64,000 nt of DNA. Source: Candidatus Bathyarchaeota archaeon (GTDB lineage: Archaea > Thermoproteota > Bathyarchaeia > Bathyarchaeales > Bathycorpusculaceae). The translations under genes and the position numbers were made by a program. A model generated the notes under the pieces. The model saw nothing but the letters and a program-made list of their open reading frames with translations, was not told the DNA's origin and did no database searches. Below are positions 47,707 through 56,975 of this stretch, piece after piece (the first letter of the stretch is position 1; each line of letters begins with the position of its first letter). Location: positions 32,001 through 96,000 of the forward strand of contig CAVTZU010000011.1 of NCBI GenBank assembly GCA_963739305.1. The letters run 5' to 3'.

Positions 47707-47734
47707 AATCTATATATGGGTGTTGTTTAAAATT
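47707..47734 (+). repeat. Direct repeat, right copy (contains probable eIF5A TATA box)
   Basis: AATCTATATATGGGTGTTGTTTAAAATT, 27/28 identical to the left copy. Confidence 0.9.
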
Positions 47735-47769
47735 GCTGTGGGTAGAGGTTATTTTAGGTTGGTGCAGGA

Positions 47770-48162
47770 ATGAGCAAACCTGTTGATGTGGGGAGCCTCA
47801 GAGTGGGAGGCTACATGATTATTGACGGTGAACCGTGTCACATAGTCGACATAACGAAGTCAAAACCTGGCAAACATGGTTCTGCCAAGTTTAGAATAGT
47901 GGCCATCGGCGTGTTTGACGGTCAAAAACGACAGTTTGTCAAGCCTGTGGATTTGGGCGCGGAGGTCCCGATTATTGACAAACGGATGGGTCAAGTGTAT
48001 GCTGTCACTCCAAGCGGTGTTCAGATAATGGATTTAGAGACGTATGAGTATTTTGACGCTCCATATCCACAAGAGGAAGAGCTTAAAGGTAAGCTTACCC
48101 AGGGCGCAGAAATCGAGTACTGGAAGATTCTGGGCAGAACGAAGATAATGCGCATAAAGTAG
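47770..48162 (+). CDS. eif5a: Translation factor aIF5A
   Basis: Hypusine motif KSKPGKHGSAK. Confidence 0.96.
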   Translation: MSKPVDVGSLRVGGYMIIDGEPCHIVDITKSKPGKHGSAKFRIVAIGVFDGQKRQFVKPVDLGAEVPIIDKRMGQVYAVTPSGVQIMDLETYEYFDAPYPQEEELKGKLTQGAEIEYWKILGRTKIMRIK

Positions 48163-48181
48163 GCTGTTCACCGTTTAGGGT

Positions 48182-48412
48182 TTAGCTTTTTCCAGTGTAT
48201 TCCGTTCTCTTCTCAGTCCACCAATCCCAATGAAGCTTCAGAAAACTCACGTAAAGAACCAAGAGTATCGTCCCCCAGCTCAACGCAATTCCTGCTATTA
48301 CCAGTATTAGAGTTCCGCTAAGGTACGCGTAGCTCACCCAAGCACTGACGCTACACAAGCCAATGAGGATGAGTATGAATATCCCGAAATGGATGGCCCG
48401 TTCGCCTGGCAA
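48182..48412 (-). CDS. Small two-TM membrane protein
   Basis: Two hydrophobic helices in 76 aa. Confidence 0.55.
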   Translation of the reverse strand: MPGERAIHFGIFILILIGLCSVSAWVSYAYLSGTLILVIAGIALSWGTILLVLYVSFLKLHWDWWTEKRTEYTGKS

Positions 48413-48586
48413 CTATCTTCGCCTATTTCTAGAGATTAGCTCAGCTCTGTCGATAAAACATTTTCCGTCAAAGCTTATTTGACCCATTCACAACTTGTCT
48501 GCTAGCCGATGATGAAAAGAAGAGCCGTCTGATTCGTGACGACAATCAAGTGCTGAGGCTTTGTTAATTCTGTCGTAGACTTTATC

Positions 48587-49015
48587 CTAGTGCTTTCGTG
48601 GTAAGTGAATCTCTAATAACCTCTTCTTGTAGTGGACGCCTATCTTATCCATATTGACTGGAACCGGGATGTGCATATAGCTGTGATATTTCTGGAATTC
48701 CCCCGTGCAATGTGTTACTCCGAGCTCATGCAGCTTTATGACGCGGTTCATTTTTGCGGATATTTCAAGCGTGTTTTTACCTGCAGGTTTGACCTTCACT
48801 GTGCCTTTGCTCGTAAACGGCAAGTCGACGGTAATGAGAACTTCAGTTGGGGTGATCACAGTTTCGCGCAAGGGTTCTAATGAACAGTCCCGAAGGTCCC
48901 AGCTTGGTCTTTCAGCAAGAGGTCCTCCGAATTCCTCAACCCACTGATCAATGTTCTGGAAATACTCATCTATCATCTCAGAGAATGAACGTCTCTTTCT
49001 AATACTCATGTGCAT
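48587..49015 (-). CDS. Small heat-shock protein (Hsp20/alpha-crystallin)
   Basis: EPL...VLITVDLP...IPVPV...YKKRLLEIHLPR. Confidence 0.8.
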   Translation of the reverse strand: MHMSIRKRRSFSEMIDEYFQNIDQWVEEFGGPLAERPSWDLRDCSLEPLRETVITPTEVLITVDLPFTSKGTVKVKPAGKNTLEISAKMNRVIKLHELGVTHCTGEFQKYHSYMHIPVPVNMDKIGVHYKKRLLEIHLPRKH

Positions 49016-49023
49016 CCTTCTCC

Positions 49024-49770
49024 TTACGAAACGTACATCGGAATGTCTAGTTCTTGGCCCTTCTTCATTTTGCCCATTTCTTCCTGCGTTCTCTTCATCA
49101 CGTCTCTGGCTCTCAATCGGATTTCCTCGCCTTTCTCTAACAACTTTGTAACGTCCACTTTCACGTCGACTATTTTTCCCAAGCTCTTGAGAACTTCCGC
49201 GGCTGCTTCAGGGTCTGGATAATTATAGAAGCATTGAGACAACAGCGCCAAAGCAGGTGTTTCCGTGTTTGCGGCGCGTTGTAGCATGATGGCTTGAGGG
49301 CCGACTATGTATCCTTCTGTCAAAGGTTCGACGTTTTTGTCTTCAACTAGTTTCAGTGCTTCTGGGCTTGAGGCTGCCGCAAAGGATTTCAGCTCTGTTG
49401 CGTCCTGTCTGTCTTGGAGAGGAATTCCGCCGAGAGAGATCATCATTTTGACGTTCTTGCTCTTGCCCCACTCTATCAGGGCATCCATCACTGGGTACAC
49501 GATGTCAACCGGTATAGGTACTTCGGAAATTGTCAGGAGGATTTTTTCATCTCCAAAGATTCTGATTGAGGAATGGGGTAACCCGTTATGGAGGACAACG
49601 AGAGGCGGAAGAATTTTAGACTCTAAGTAGGCGACTTCCGACAAGTTCAGTTCTTCAACCAGATATGAGGCGGCGATCACTCCAACCAATCCAACGTCGG
49701 GAAACCCGAAAATCAACGTAGCTCCGGATGGAACTTTGCCCTTCTCGATTATTTCTACTCTTTCGCTCAA
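49024..49770 (-). CDS. Proteasome assembly chaperone (PAC2) family protein
   Basis: GFPDVGLVGVIAA, LGG, YPDPEAAA. Confidence 0.9.
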   Translation of the reverse strand: MSERVEIIEKGKVPSGATLIFGFPDVGLVGVIAASYLVEELNLSEVAYLESKILPPLVVLHNGLPHSSIRIFGDEKILLTISEVPIPVDIVYPVMDALIEWGKSKNVKMMISLGGIPLQDRQDATELKSFAAASSPEALKLVEDKNVEPLTEGYIVGPQAIMLQRAANTETPALALLSQCFYNYPDPEAAAEVLKSLGKIVDVKVDVTKLLEKGEEIRLRARDVMKRTQEEMGKMKKGQELDIPMYVS

Positions 49771-49887
49771 GTTTTTCCCTCAGGTCATTCTATGAGTTTT
49801 GTGAAATGTAAAAGGTTTATGGAATCTCCTCCTTTGGGAACGATATAGCTATTAAAGACTTGAAAGTCTCTAGAACTGGAATAGGCC

Positions 49888-51225
49888 ATGTCTCTTGAAA
49901 AACTAGGCTCCTCACTTTACGATGCTTTAAGGAAAGTTTTCAAGGCATCTGTGGTTGACGAGGCAACCGTCAAAGAGCTTGTCCGTGACATTCAAAGAGC
50001 CTTGCTACAGGCCGACGTGAACGTTCAGCTTGTCCTTGATATCTCCAAACGAATAGAAGATCGCGCACTGAAGGAAAAAGTTCCCCCAGGGGTTTCGAGA
50101 CGCGAACACGTAATAAAAGTCGTCTATGAGGAAATGACCCGTTTTCTAGGTGAAAAAGCCATTCCGATGAAAGTAGAACCTGGCAAAAGAAAGACAGTGA
50201 TGCTTGTAGGCATCCAAGGTTCAGGTAAGACGACCGTAGCTGCAAAGCTGGCACGATACTTCCAGAAGAGAGGGCTAAAGCCCGCGCTAGTTTGCGGAGA
50301 CACTTTCCGTCCGGGCGCCTACGCTCAGCTTCAACAATTGGCCGCCAGGATTAACGTCCCCTTGTACGGCGACGTAAAGGCAAAGGACGCCGTCAAAGTA
50401 GTGTCCGAAGGCTTGAAACAATTTGGAGACAAAGACGTCGTGATAGTTGACACTTCTGGACGCCACAAAGAGGAACAAGAACTGATAAAGGAAATGAAGA
50501 TGCTCGAAAAAAGCATCAAACCCGATGAAGTGATGCTAGTAATTGACGGAACAATCGGACAGCAAGCCTTGGCACAAGCCAAAGCATTCAACCAAGCAAC
50601 CCCCATTGGCTCGATTCTTGTCACCAAACTGGATGGGTCTGCTAGGGGAGGCGGAGCTTTGTCAGCTGTCGCAGGGACAGGTGCGCCGATAAAATTCATA
50701 GGAACCGGCGAGAAAATCGAGGACATTGAAGCTTTCGTTCCTTCACGTTTCGTAGGCCGACTGTTGGGAATGGGCGACCTAGAAACCCTGCTCGACAAAG
50801 TGAAGGAAGCCGAAATTGCTGTCCCAGAGAAAAAGGCCAAGGCCATACTCAGCGGAAAGTTCACCTTGACAGACATGTATGAACAGTTCGAAGCCATGAA
50901 AGGCATGGGCACGTTCAAGAAGCTTATGAAGATGATTCCAGGGATGTCCTACAACATTCCTGATGAAATGCTCAGTTCGGCCGAAGGTCGTTTGGAAAAG
51001 TGGCGAATAATGATTCAATCGATGACCCCTGAAGAGAGAGACAACCCGAAAATTTTCAACGCATCGAGAATGAAACGTGTCGCTAGAGGCTCCGGCACCA
51101 ACGACAAAGAAGTGAAAGAACTCCTAAAACAGTACGTTATGATGCGGCGAATGCTGAAGACGATGCGCCGGAGAAAAGGCAAGTTTCCATTCTTTGGAAA
51201 GGGTCTGCCGCTTGACATGAAGTAA
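49888..51225 (+). CDS. srp54: Signal recognition particle protein SRP54
   Basis: GIQGSGKTT, DTSGRH, TKLD, Met-rich M domain with RVARGSG. Confidence 0.97.
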   Translation: MSLEKLGSSLYDALRKVFKASVVDEATVKELVRDIQRALLQADVNVQLVLDISKRIEDRALKEKVPPGVSRREHVIKVVYEEMTRFLGEKAIPMKVEPGKRKTVMLVGIQGSGKTTVAAKLARYFQKRGLKPALVCGDTFRPGAYAQLQQLAARINVPLYGDVKAKDAVKVVSEGLKQFGDKDVVIVDTSGRHKEEQELIKEMKMLEKSIKPDEVMLVIDGTIGQQALAQAKAFNQATPIGSILVTKLDGSARGGGALSAVAGTGAPIKFIGTGEKIEDIEAFVPSRFVGRLLGMGDLETLLDKVKEAEIAVPEKKAKAILSGKFTLTDMYEQFEAMKGMGTFKKLMKMIPGMSYNIPDEMLSSAEGRLEKWRIMIQSMTPEERDNPKIFNASRMKRVARGSGTNDKEVKELLKQYVMMRRMLKTMRRRKGKFPFFGKGLPLDMK

Positions 51226-51234
51226 GATTTTCCG

Positions 51235-52602
51235 ATGAGGGTAGCTGGGATGGACATTTCGAACGATGCCTTTGACATGTTAGCAAAGCATGCACTTTGC
51301 GATCATTGTCTGGGAAGGCAGTTTGCCCTGCTCGGTCATGGAATGGAAAATGAAGAGAGGGGAAAAGCCCTCAAGCTTGTTCTAACTCTCAAGGCTCATG
51401 TCATGGCCCTCTCAGAGGACAAAAAAGGCATCAAGTGTCTGAAGGTATTGGCCACAAATGGCTTCTTCGCGGCAGCAAACGAACTGCTCCAGGAAATGGG
51501 AAAGCCTGTTCCTCAGAAGAGTTTTCTTTCAGAATGCTATTTGTGCGCAAACACGTTCAAACTTGAAACCGACTTGGCGGGGAAGGCCATTGAACTTCTA
51601 AAAGAGTTCGAGTACAACAATTTTCTAGTGGGTACTGAACTGCCTTCGAAGATTGCAGAACGCGAAGATGAATTCAGGGCCGAGTTTAACGTACAACATG
51701 GCGAAAACATGCGCAATGAGTTCGGACGGCTAGTTGGTAAAAAAATCGCTGAGCAGACAAAGAAAGATGTTGAGTTCAAACGCCCCGAAATGGTAGTGCT
51801 CATCAAACCTTTCGAGCAGAGTGTCCAGCTTCAACCAAACCCGCTTTTCGTTTCCGGGAGATATCGCAAACTGGTCCGAGACATACCTCAGTCGAAATGG
51901 TTCTGTTCAACATGCCACGGGCATGGCTGCGAGAAATGTGGCTGGACTGGGAAAATGTATCAAGAGTCTGTCCAGGAAATAATAGAAAAACCATTTCTGG
52001 AAGCAACAGGCGGTCTGAAAGCCTCTTTCCACGCTTCAGGCAGGGAAGACATCGATGCACGCATGCTTGGCAGAGGCAGACCTTTCGTCATCGAGATCAC
52101 GAAACCGAAGAAACGTTTCTTGGATCTTGAACGAGTTAAGAAAGAAGTGAACGCCTCAGGGAAAGGCAAGGTTCAAGTTTCAAGAATGATAATGGCAGAC
52201 AAATTGGTCGTCCAAAGATTGAAGAAAGGCGAATCAACGCAAAAGGAGTATCGTGTACTAATCGAGTTTGAGAGGCGAATAACTGACAAGGACCTGCTTA
52301 ATGTCGAGAAAACGCTGACGAACGTGACTATCAAGCAACAAACGCCATTAAGGGTCGTTCACCGCCGTGCAGATTTGACTCGGGAAAAGTACATATACGA
52401 GGTGAACGTTAAGAAGTTGTCACCAAAAAAAGCTGAAATGAAAGTACGATGCCAAGGAGGACTGTACGTTAAAGAATTGGTGACCGGAGATGAAGGAAGA
52501 ACGGTTCCTAACGTGTCAGCAATTCTCAACAATAGGGCGAAGCCACAGAAACTCGACGTTCTGAACGTGGCGATGGAAGATCAAGAGTTGATGGGAAAAT
52601 GA
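51235..52602 (+). CDS. pus10: tRNA pseudouridine(54/55) synthase Pus10
   Basis: CDHCLGR, GRYRKLVRDIPQ, HASGREDIDARMLG, GGLYVKEL. Confidence 0.95.
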   Translation: MRVAGMDISNDAFDMLAKHALCDHCLGRQFALLGHGMENEERGKALKLVLTLKAHVMALSEDKKGIKCLKVLATNGFFAAANELLQEMGKPVPQKSFLSECYLCANTFKLETDLAGKAIELLKEFEYNNFLVGTELPSKIAEREDEFRAEFNVQHGENMRNEFGRLVGKKIAEQTKKDVEFKRPEMVVLIKPFEQSVQLQPNPLFVSGRYRKLVRDIPQSKWFCSTCHGHGCEKCGWTGKMYQESVQEIIEKPFLEATGGLKASFHASGREDIDARMLGRGRPFVIEITKPKKRFLDLERVKKEVNASGKGKVQVSRMIMADKLVVQRLKKGESTQKEYRVLIEFERRITDKDLLNVEKTLTNVTIKQQTPLRVVHRRADLTREKYIYEVNVKKLSPKKAEMKVRCQGGLYVKELVTGDEGRTVPNVSAILNNRAKPQKLDVLNVAMEDQELMGK

Positions 52603-52895
52603 GGAAATCGAAAGGTTTTCGTTCTGGAGCAAGGCGTCTTCTGACGAAAGAGCCTAGGGAGCGAGGCAAAATGAGGCTGAGCAAGTTGCTCTACGAGTAT
52701 CACCCGGGAAATCAGGTTGTTGTCAAAATAGATTCGGCTGTCCACAAAGGAATGCCCCATAAACGTTACCACGGAAGAGTTGGGACAATCCTGAACAAGC
52801 GAGGAAGAAGCTACGTCGTGTCCGTTTCGCAAGGGGACGCGTTGAGGGAAATAATCGTTAGACCTGAGCATCTAGAACCCTACAAGAGCGATTAG
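52599..52895 (+). CDS. rpl21e: 50S ribosomal protein L21e
   Basis: SKGFR...HKGMPHKRYHGRVG...RPEHL. Confidence 0.96.
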   Translation: MRKSKGFRSGARRLLTKEPRERGKMRLSKLLYEYHPGNQVVVKIDSAVHKGMPHKRYHGRVGTILNKRGRSYVVSVSQGDALREIIVRPEHLEPYKSD

Positions 52896-52896
52896 A

Positions 52897-53232
52897 ATGT
52901 CAAAAGAAAGTTTGACTGAAAAAAAACTTACTCTACCACAGGTCAAAAAGATAATGGAGGATATAGGCGAGGAAAACCTTGACCAACTTCAACGCCGAAC
53001 CTTCGACTATATTTCGAAGTTTGCAAAGAGCGATCTAGAATCAAGCGAGAAACTTGTGCAAAAACTCCAAGCAGATTTCGGCGTGGACGAGATAGAAGCG
53101 GTAGAAATAGTTAACTGTATGCCAAAAAGCGTTGAAGAACTGCGAGTCTTTCTGGCTGGTGGCCGCAAAATAATTGAAACCTCCAAATTACAAGCCATGG
53201 TCAACCTTCTAGACGAACATCGAAAACTCTAA
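52897..53232 (+). CDS. rpoF: RNA polymerase subunit F (Rpo4)
   Basis: QRRTFDYISKF...IVNCMPKSVEELR; conserved synteny. Confidence 0.9.
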   Translation: MSKESLTEKKLTLPQVKKIMEDIGEENLDQLQRRTFDYISKFAKSDLESSEKLVQKLQADFGVDEIEAVEIVNCMPKSVEELRVFLAGGRKIIETSKLQAMVNLLDEHRKL

Positions 53233-53291
53233 CGGGAAAACTCAAACACCCCAACTGTTTTTAAACAAAGACAGACTAAGTATAGGCGAAT

Positions 53292-53867
53292 ATGACCATG
53301 ATGGAGAAGCGGTACGAAGAGTACGCTTACATACTTGACTTTCTGCCTCACGGCAGACCCGGTGTACACGTCTCAGGCCGAGCCGGATACAGAGCGGGAG
53401 CGCTGGTCCAATTGGTAGGAGAAGAATTCTTCACCCTATTGGAGGCCCTCGTAAAAGAAGGCGTAACGCTCAAACCACACGACAGGGTCTTCGTCGGCAA
53501 AGAAGCCCGCGATGAAATCACCTACATTATCGGTCGAATAGGATATGAAGAATTGACTACGGCTGCAAGAAATGAGCTTTCTGCCGTAATCAGCAGAATA
53601 GTATTGAACAGAGAAAAATGGTTCGTGCAATTCTTCAACACCGCGAGAGCCGTCACGCCTCGAATGCACGCATTAGAATTGATTCCAGGTATTGGCAAGA
53701 AATACATGTGGCAAGTCATAAACGAACGCGAAAGAAAACCTTTTGAAAGCTTCGATGATTTACAGAAGCGCACTGAACTCCCCAACCCAGTCAAGTTGAT
53801 CACGAAACGAGTCATGGAAGAGTTAAGCGGTGACAGCAAGTATCGATTGTTCACGCGAGCCCAATAG
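53292..53867 (+). CDS. DUF655 putative RNA-binding protein
   Basis: EEYAYILDFL, FTLLE, RMHALELIPGIGKK (HhH). Confidence 0.9.
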   Translation: MTMMEKRYEEYAYILDFLPHGRPGVHVSGRAGYRAGALVQLVGEEFFTLLEALVKEGVTLKPHDRVFVGKEARDEITYIIGRIGYEELTTAARNELSAVISRIVLNREKWFVQFFNTARAVTPRMHALELIPGIGKKYMWQVINERERKPFESFDDLQKRTELPNPVKLITKRVMEELSGDSKYRLFTRAQ

Positions 53868-53894
53868 CAAAGATCGATCGTTAGACGGTCTGAC

Positions 53895-54716
53895 ATGAGC
53901 CTAACGCAAAAAACAAAGTCACTACTTCGAATGTATAGAATTCTGCCGAAGAAGAGTCTTGGACAAAACTTCACCATCAAACCTTGGATTTTAGAACGCA
54001 TGATTTACTATGGATCGTTGAACTCGAACGATACGGCGTTGGATATTGGAGCTGGCTTGGGTTTTCTGACGCGTCTCATGGCTAAGCAGTGTAAAACGGT
54101 AATAGCGGTCGAGGCACAGGCTGAGCTCGTTGAGGTGCTTCGCGCAAATCTTGCAGATGTGCCAAACGTAAACGTAATATGTGGAAATATCCTAAGGCTC
54201 AACGTTCCAGGATTCAACAAGGTAGTTTCAATTCCTCCATACGGATTGTCTTCACACTTGTTACCGTGGCTTTTCGAACGGACCTTCGATTCCGCCGTAT
54301 TGGTTTTTCAGAAAGAATTTGCGGACCGTCTCACAGCTCAGGTCGGAAGCAAGGACTATGGATGGTTGTCCGTCTTGACTTACTATCGCGCACAGATCGA
54401 GCCTATGGACGTGGTGCCCAGCTCAAGCTTCTATCCGCAACCCAAAATTGACTCAAAAATAATTCGCCTCACTCCAAAGAAGCCTCCTCCTTTCAAGCTG
54501 AAAAACGAGAGGCTGTTCAACCAGTTGACCCGCTCTCTCTTCACGCAGCGCAACAAGAAAGTGCGGAGTGCCGCCTTGTCATTTTTCAGAAATTCGAGGA
54601 ACATGCAAAAAGACGATGCTGCTAAAGCCGCTGATGAGCTCCCCCTGTCTGACAAGAGAGTCAGAGAATTGGCTCCTGAAGATTTCGGAGTTCTGGCAAA
54701 TGTCATCGATGAATAA
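53895..54716 (+). CDS. rsmA: 16S rRNA dimethyladenosine transferase
   Basis: KKSLGQNF, DIGAGLGFLT, IPPY, FQKEFADRL, FYPQPKIDS. Confidence 0.93.
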   Translation: MSLTQKTKSLLRMYRILPKKSLGQNFTIKPWILERMIYYGSLNSNDTALDIGAGLGFLTRLMAKQCKTVIAVEAQAELVEVLRANLADVPNVNVICGNILRLNVPGFNKVVSIPPYGLSSHLLPWLFERTFDSAVLVFQKEFADRLTAQVGSKDYGWLSVLTYYRAQIEPMDVVPSSSFYPQPKIDSKIIRLTPKKPPPFKLKNERLFNQLTRSLFTQRNKKVRSAALSFFRNSRNMQKDDAAKAADELPLSDKRVRELAPEDFGVLANVIDE

Positions 54717-55326
54717 GAAAGTGTGCTTTGAAGACTACACCTTTCTTGTAGACGAAAACGTTTACGAACCCGCTGAAGACTCTTTTCTTTTCGCCGAAAA
54801 CCTGCCGACTGAGGAAACTCACAAAGTAATAGACATGGGAGCCGGATGCGGCATTTTGGGTGTAATTGGAGCAAAAAGAGCTAACGAAGTCCTTGCAGTC
54901 GACGTGAACCCTTACGCAGTGCGTTGTGCAAAGCAAAACGCAAGACTGAATGGCGTGTTCGACAAATTCGTCTTCATTCAAGGAGATCTGTTTTGCTCTG
55001 TCGCCCAAGGAGCCAAGTTTGATTTGATACTCTTCAACGCACCTTATCTGCCTCTGGAAAATGAGGATGCTTCTTGGGTTGGACGCTCTTGGGCAGGCGG
55101 CAAGACTGGAAGAGAGGTAATTGACCGTTTCATCGATCAAGCGCCGGGACATCTAAGTTCGAACGGTCAGATTCTTTTGATGCAGTCTTCCTTGTCCAAT
55201 ATCGATCAGACATTGCGGAGATACGCGAGCAGAGGCTTGAATGCGAATGTAGTCGCGAGTCGGGTCCAGCCCTTCTTTGAAACAATATTGCTTACAAGCG
55301 CTAAGCAGTCAGTAACATCGAAATAG
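54700..55326 (+). CDS. HemK2/Mtq2-family N5-glutamine methyltransferase
   Basis: VYEPAEDSFL, DMGAGCG, FNAPY, GGKTGREV. Confidence 0.9.
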   Translation: MSSMNKKVCFEDYTFLVDENVYEPAEDSFLFAENLPTEETHKVIDMGAGCGILGVIGAKRANEVLAVDVNPYAVRCAKQNARLNGVFDKFVFIQGDLFCSVAQGAKFDLILFNAPYLPLENEDASWVGRSWAGGKTGREVIDRFIDQAPGHLSSNGQILLMQSSLSNIDQTLRRYASRGLNANVVASRVQPFFETILLTSAKQSVTSK

Positions 55327-55499
55327 TTTACTCTCTTGGGAAGAATGGAAGCACTCGACTTACATAATTAACTGTCTAGAATTGCCTTCGGAACAAACTT
55401 AAAGCTTCGTGAAACGCAATCAATCGCCAACTGTCAAAAAGCTATAAAATGTAGATTAATATTTTTAGTTCCCTGAAACATGATAGTTAGGGATGAGAT

Positions 55500-56534
55500 T
55501 TGAGATCCTCAAGGATTGTATACCTGGTAACGAGGGCTCACGGACTTAGGCGTCATCTACTAAGGGCTGAAGACTACATTCGACTGTTGAAAGTAGAAAG
55601 TGTACTGGGAATAGTCGATTTCCTGTCACACGGAGACTATTCATCCGATCTGAACAGGCTTCCTCCAAAAGAAGTGGATGCTTATCTTCTGGAGAAGATC
55701 GTCTATCGAAGACTTTCAGGTCGTTTTTCTTCGTTACTCGAGATAGCGAGTGGAAAGATAGGGGACGCATTGAAACAGTACTACATGAAGCTTGAAGTCG
55801 AGAATCTAAAGAGAATAGTAAGGGCCGAACATGAAAATTTTCAATTGAACGAAAACCAGCTAATCCCTATAGCCCGAAAGTATCAGACGGTCAATTTTCC
55901 TGCACTACTGGAAGCTCGTAACATAAACGAAATGGTCTATTTCCTGAGTGAGACCCCTTACGATGTGCTAAAAGAAAAACTCGATCTCTATACGAAATAC
56001 AATAACCCCTTGATCCTCGAAGCCACCATAGAGAGTGTTTACTATCAAAACCTCTGGAAGAAAATCGGAAATCTCCCCGAAAAAAACGAAATCGAACAAC
56101 TTGTGGGAACTGAGATGGATCTCAGAAATCTTCTACTAGTTTTCTCATCTAAACAGAAGAATATGGAGCGCGGTCTTCTCGATGAGATGATTTTGAGTTC
56201 TCATTATAGACTGCAAAAAGGAGTGATTGATGCAATGAGTGATGCACCGTATGGAGCGATACCCGAACTACTGGCTAGGCAGGCTTATGTTGATTTGGCA
56301 AGAGAAGCTGTTGATCTGTTTCAAGAAGGAAAGTTTACGGAGATAGAGAACTCGTTCTCGCGGTACGTTTATTCGAATGCCGAGAGAGCTATGACTAGAA
56401 AACCCAACAGCTCGGTGTTTGTTTTCGCCTATCTTGATCTTTGCTTCAGAGAAGCCAAAAACTTAACGACTTTAGCTATTGGCAAACAGATGAAGTTAAG
56501 CGAAGAAGAGATTCGAAAATTGATCTTTATCTAG
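55500..56534 (+). CDS. A/V-type ATPase subunit C (d)
   Basis: YLVTRAHGL...ENLKRIVR...TPY...EMDLRNL...EAKNL, AC39/C family pattern. Confidence 0.8.
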   Translation: MRSSRIVYLVTRAHGLRRHLLRAEDYIRLLKVESVLGIVDFLSHGDYSSDLNRLPPKEVDAYLLEKIVYRRLSGRFSSLLEIASGKIGDALKQYYMKLEVENLKRIVRAEHENFQLNENQLIPIARKYQTVNFPALLEARNINEMVYFLSETPYDVLKEKLDLYTKYNNPLILEATIESVYYQNLWKKIGNLPEKNEIEQLVGTEMDLRNLLLVFSSKQKNMERGLLDEMILSSHYRLQKGVIDAMSDAPYGAIPELLARQAYVDLAREAVDLFQEGKFTEIENSFSRYVYSNAERAMTRKPNSSVFVFAYLDLCFREAKNLTTLAIGKQMKLSEEEIRKLIFI

Positions 56535-56938
56535 CCAACGGAAGGCAATTTGCCCATAATCAATATTGCGATAAGAAGGCCATAGATTGCGACACCTTCT
56601 CCCAGACCGGCCAGTATCAAGACCCAAATCGATGTTTCTGGTCTCTCCACGATAGCTGCCATTCCAGCGCTAGCAGCTCCAGATATAGCTATTCCGGCGC
56701 CTAGGCATGATCCGGCCACGGCTATAGCTGCCCCAAGCAGTGCCAGTCCGTATTGGCTGTAGAATTCAGTTGGAATCGTGCTTTGACTCTGTTGAACAAA
56801 ACCAAAAGCTAGATTGCGTGCAAGAACAGCAAACAAAATGGTTGGCACGGCGACACCAAACAGTAACGCGAAGATGAAAGTTCGCTTTCGCATTATGGAT
56901 TTTGCGGGATTCCGGCTCTTACGTTCTTCTATGCCCAT
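56531..56938 (-). CDS. A/V-type ATPase proteolipid subunit K (c)
   Basis: GAGIAI...ERPE...GLGEGVAIYGLLIA with conserved Glu; GGAGG SD before ATG 56938. Confidence 0.9.
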   Translation of the reverse strand: MGIEERKSRNPAKSIMRKRTFIFALLFGVAVPTILFAVLARNLAFGFVQQSQSTIPTEFYSQYGLALLGAAIAVAGSCLGAGIAISGAASAGMAAIVERPETSIWVLILAGLGEGVAIYGLLIAILIMGKLPSVG

Positions 56939-56975
56939 CTTGCTTTTCCCTCCATAAGAAAATGGGCTTTCAAAT

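Larger units (their letters stand above)
43120..47734. mobile_element. Putative genomic island bounded by a 28-bp direct repeat; no integrase visible
   Basis: Direct repeats at 43120-43147 and 47707-47734; accessory content between core genes nadK and eIF5A. Confidence 0.65.

Noticed and set aside
40396-51278. Long antisense ORFs (e.g. 40396-40959, 50331-50918)
   Set aside because: Shadows of well-conserved genes on the opposite strand.
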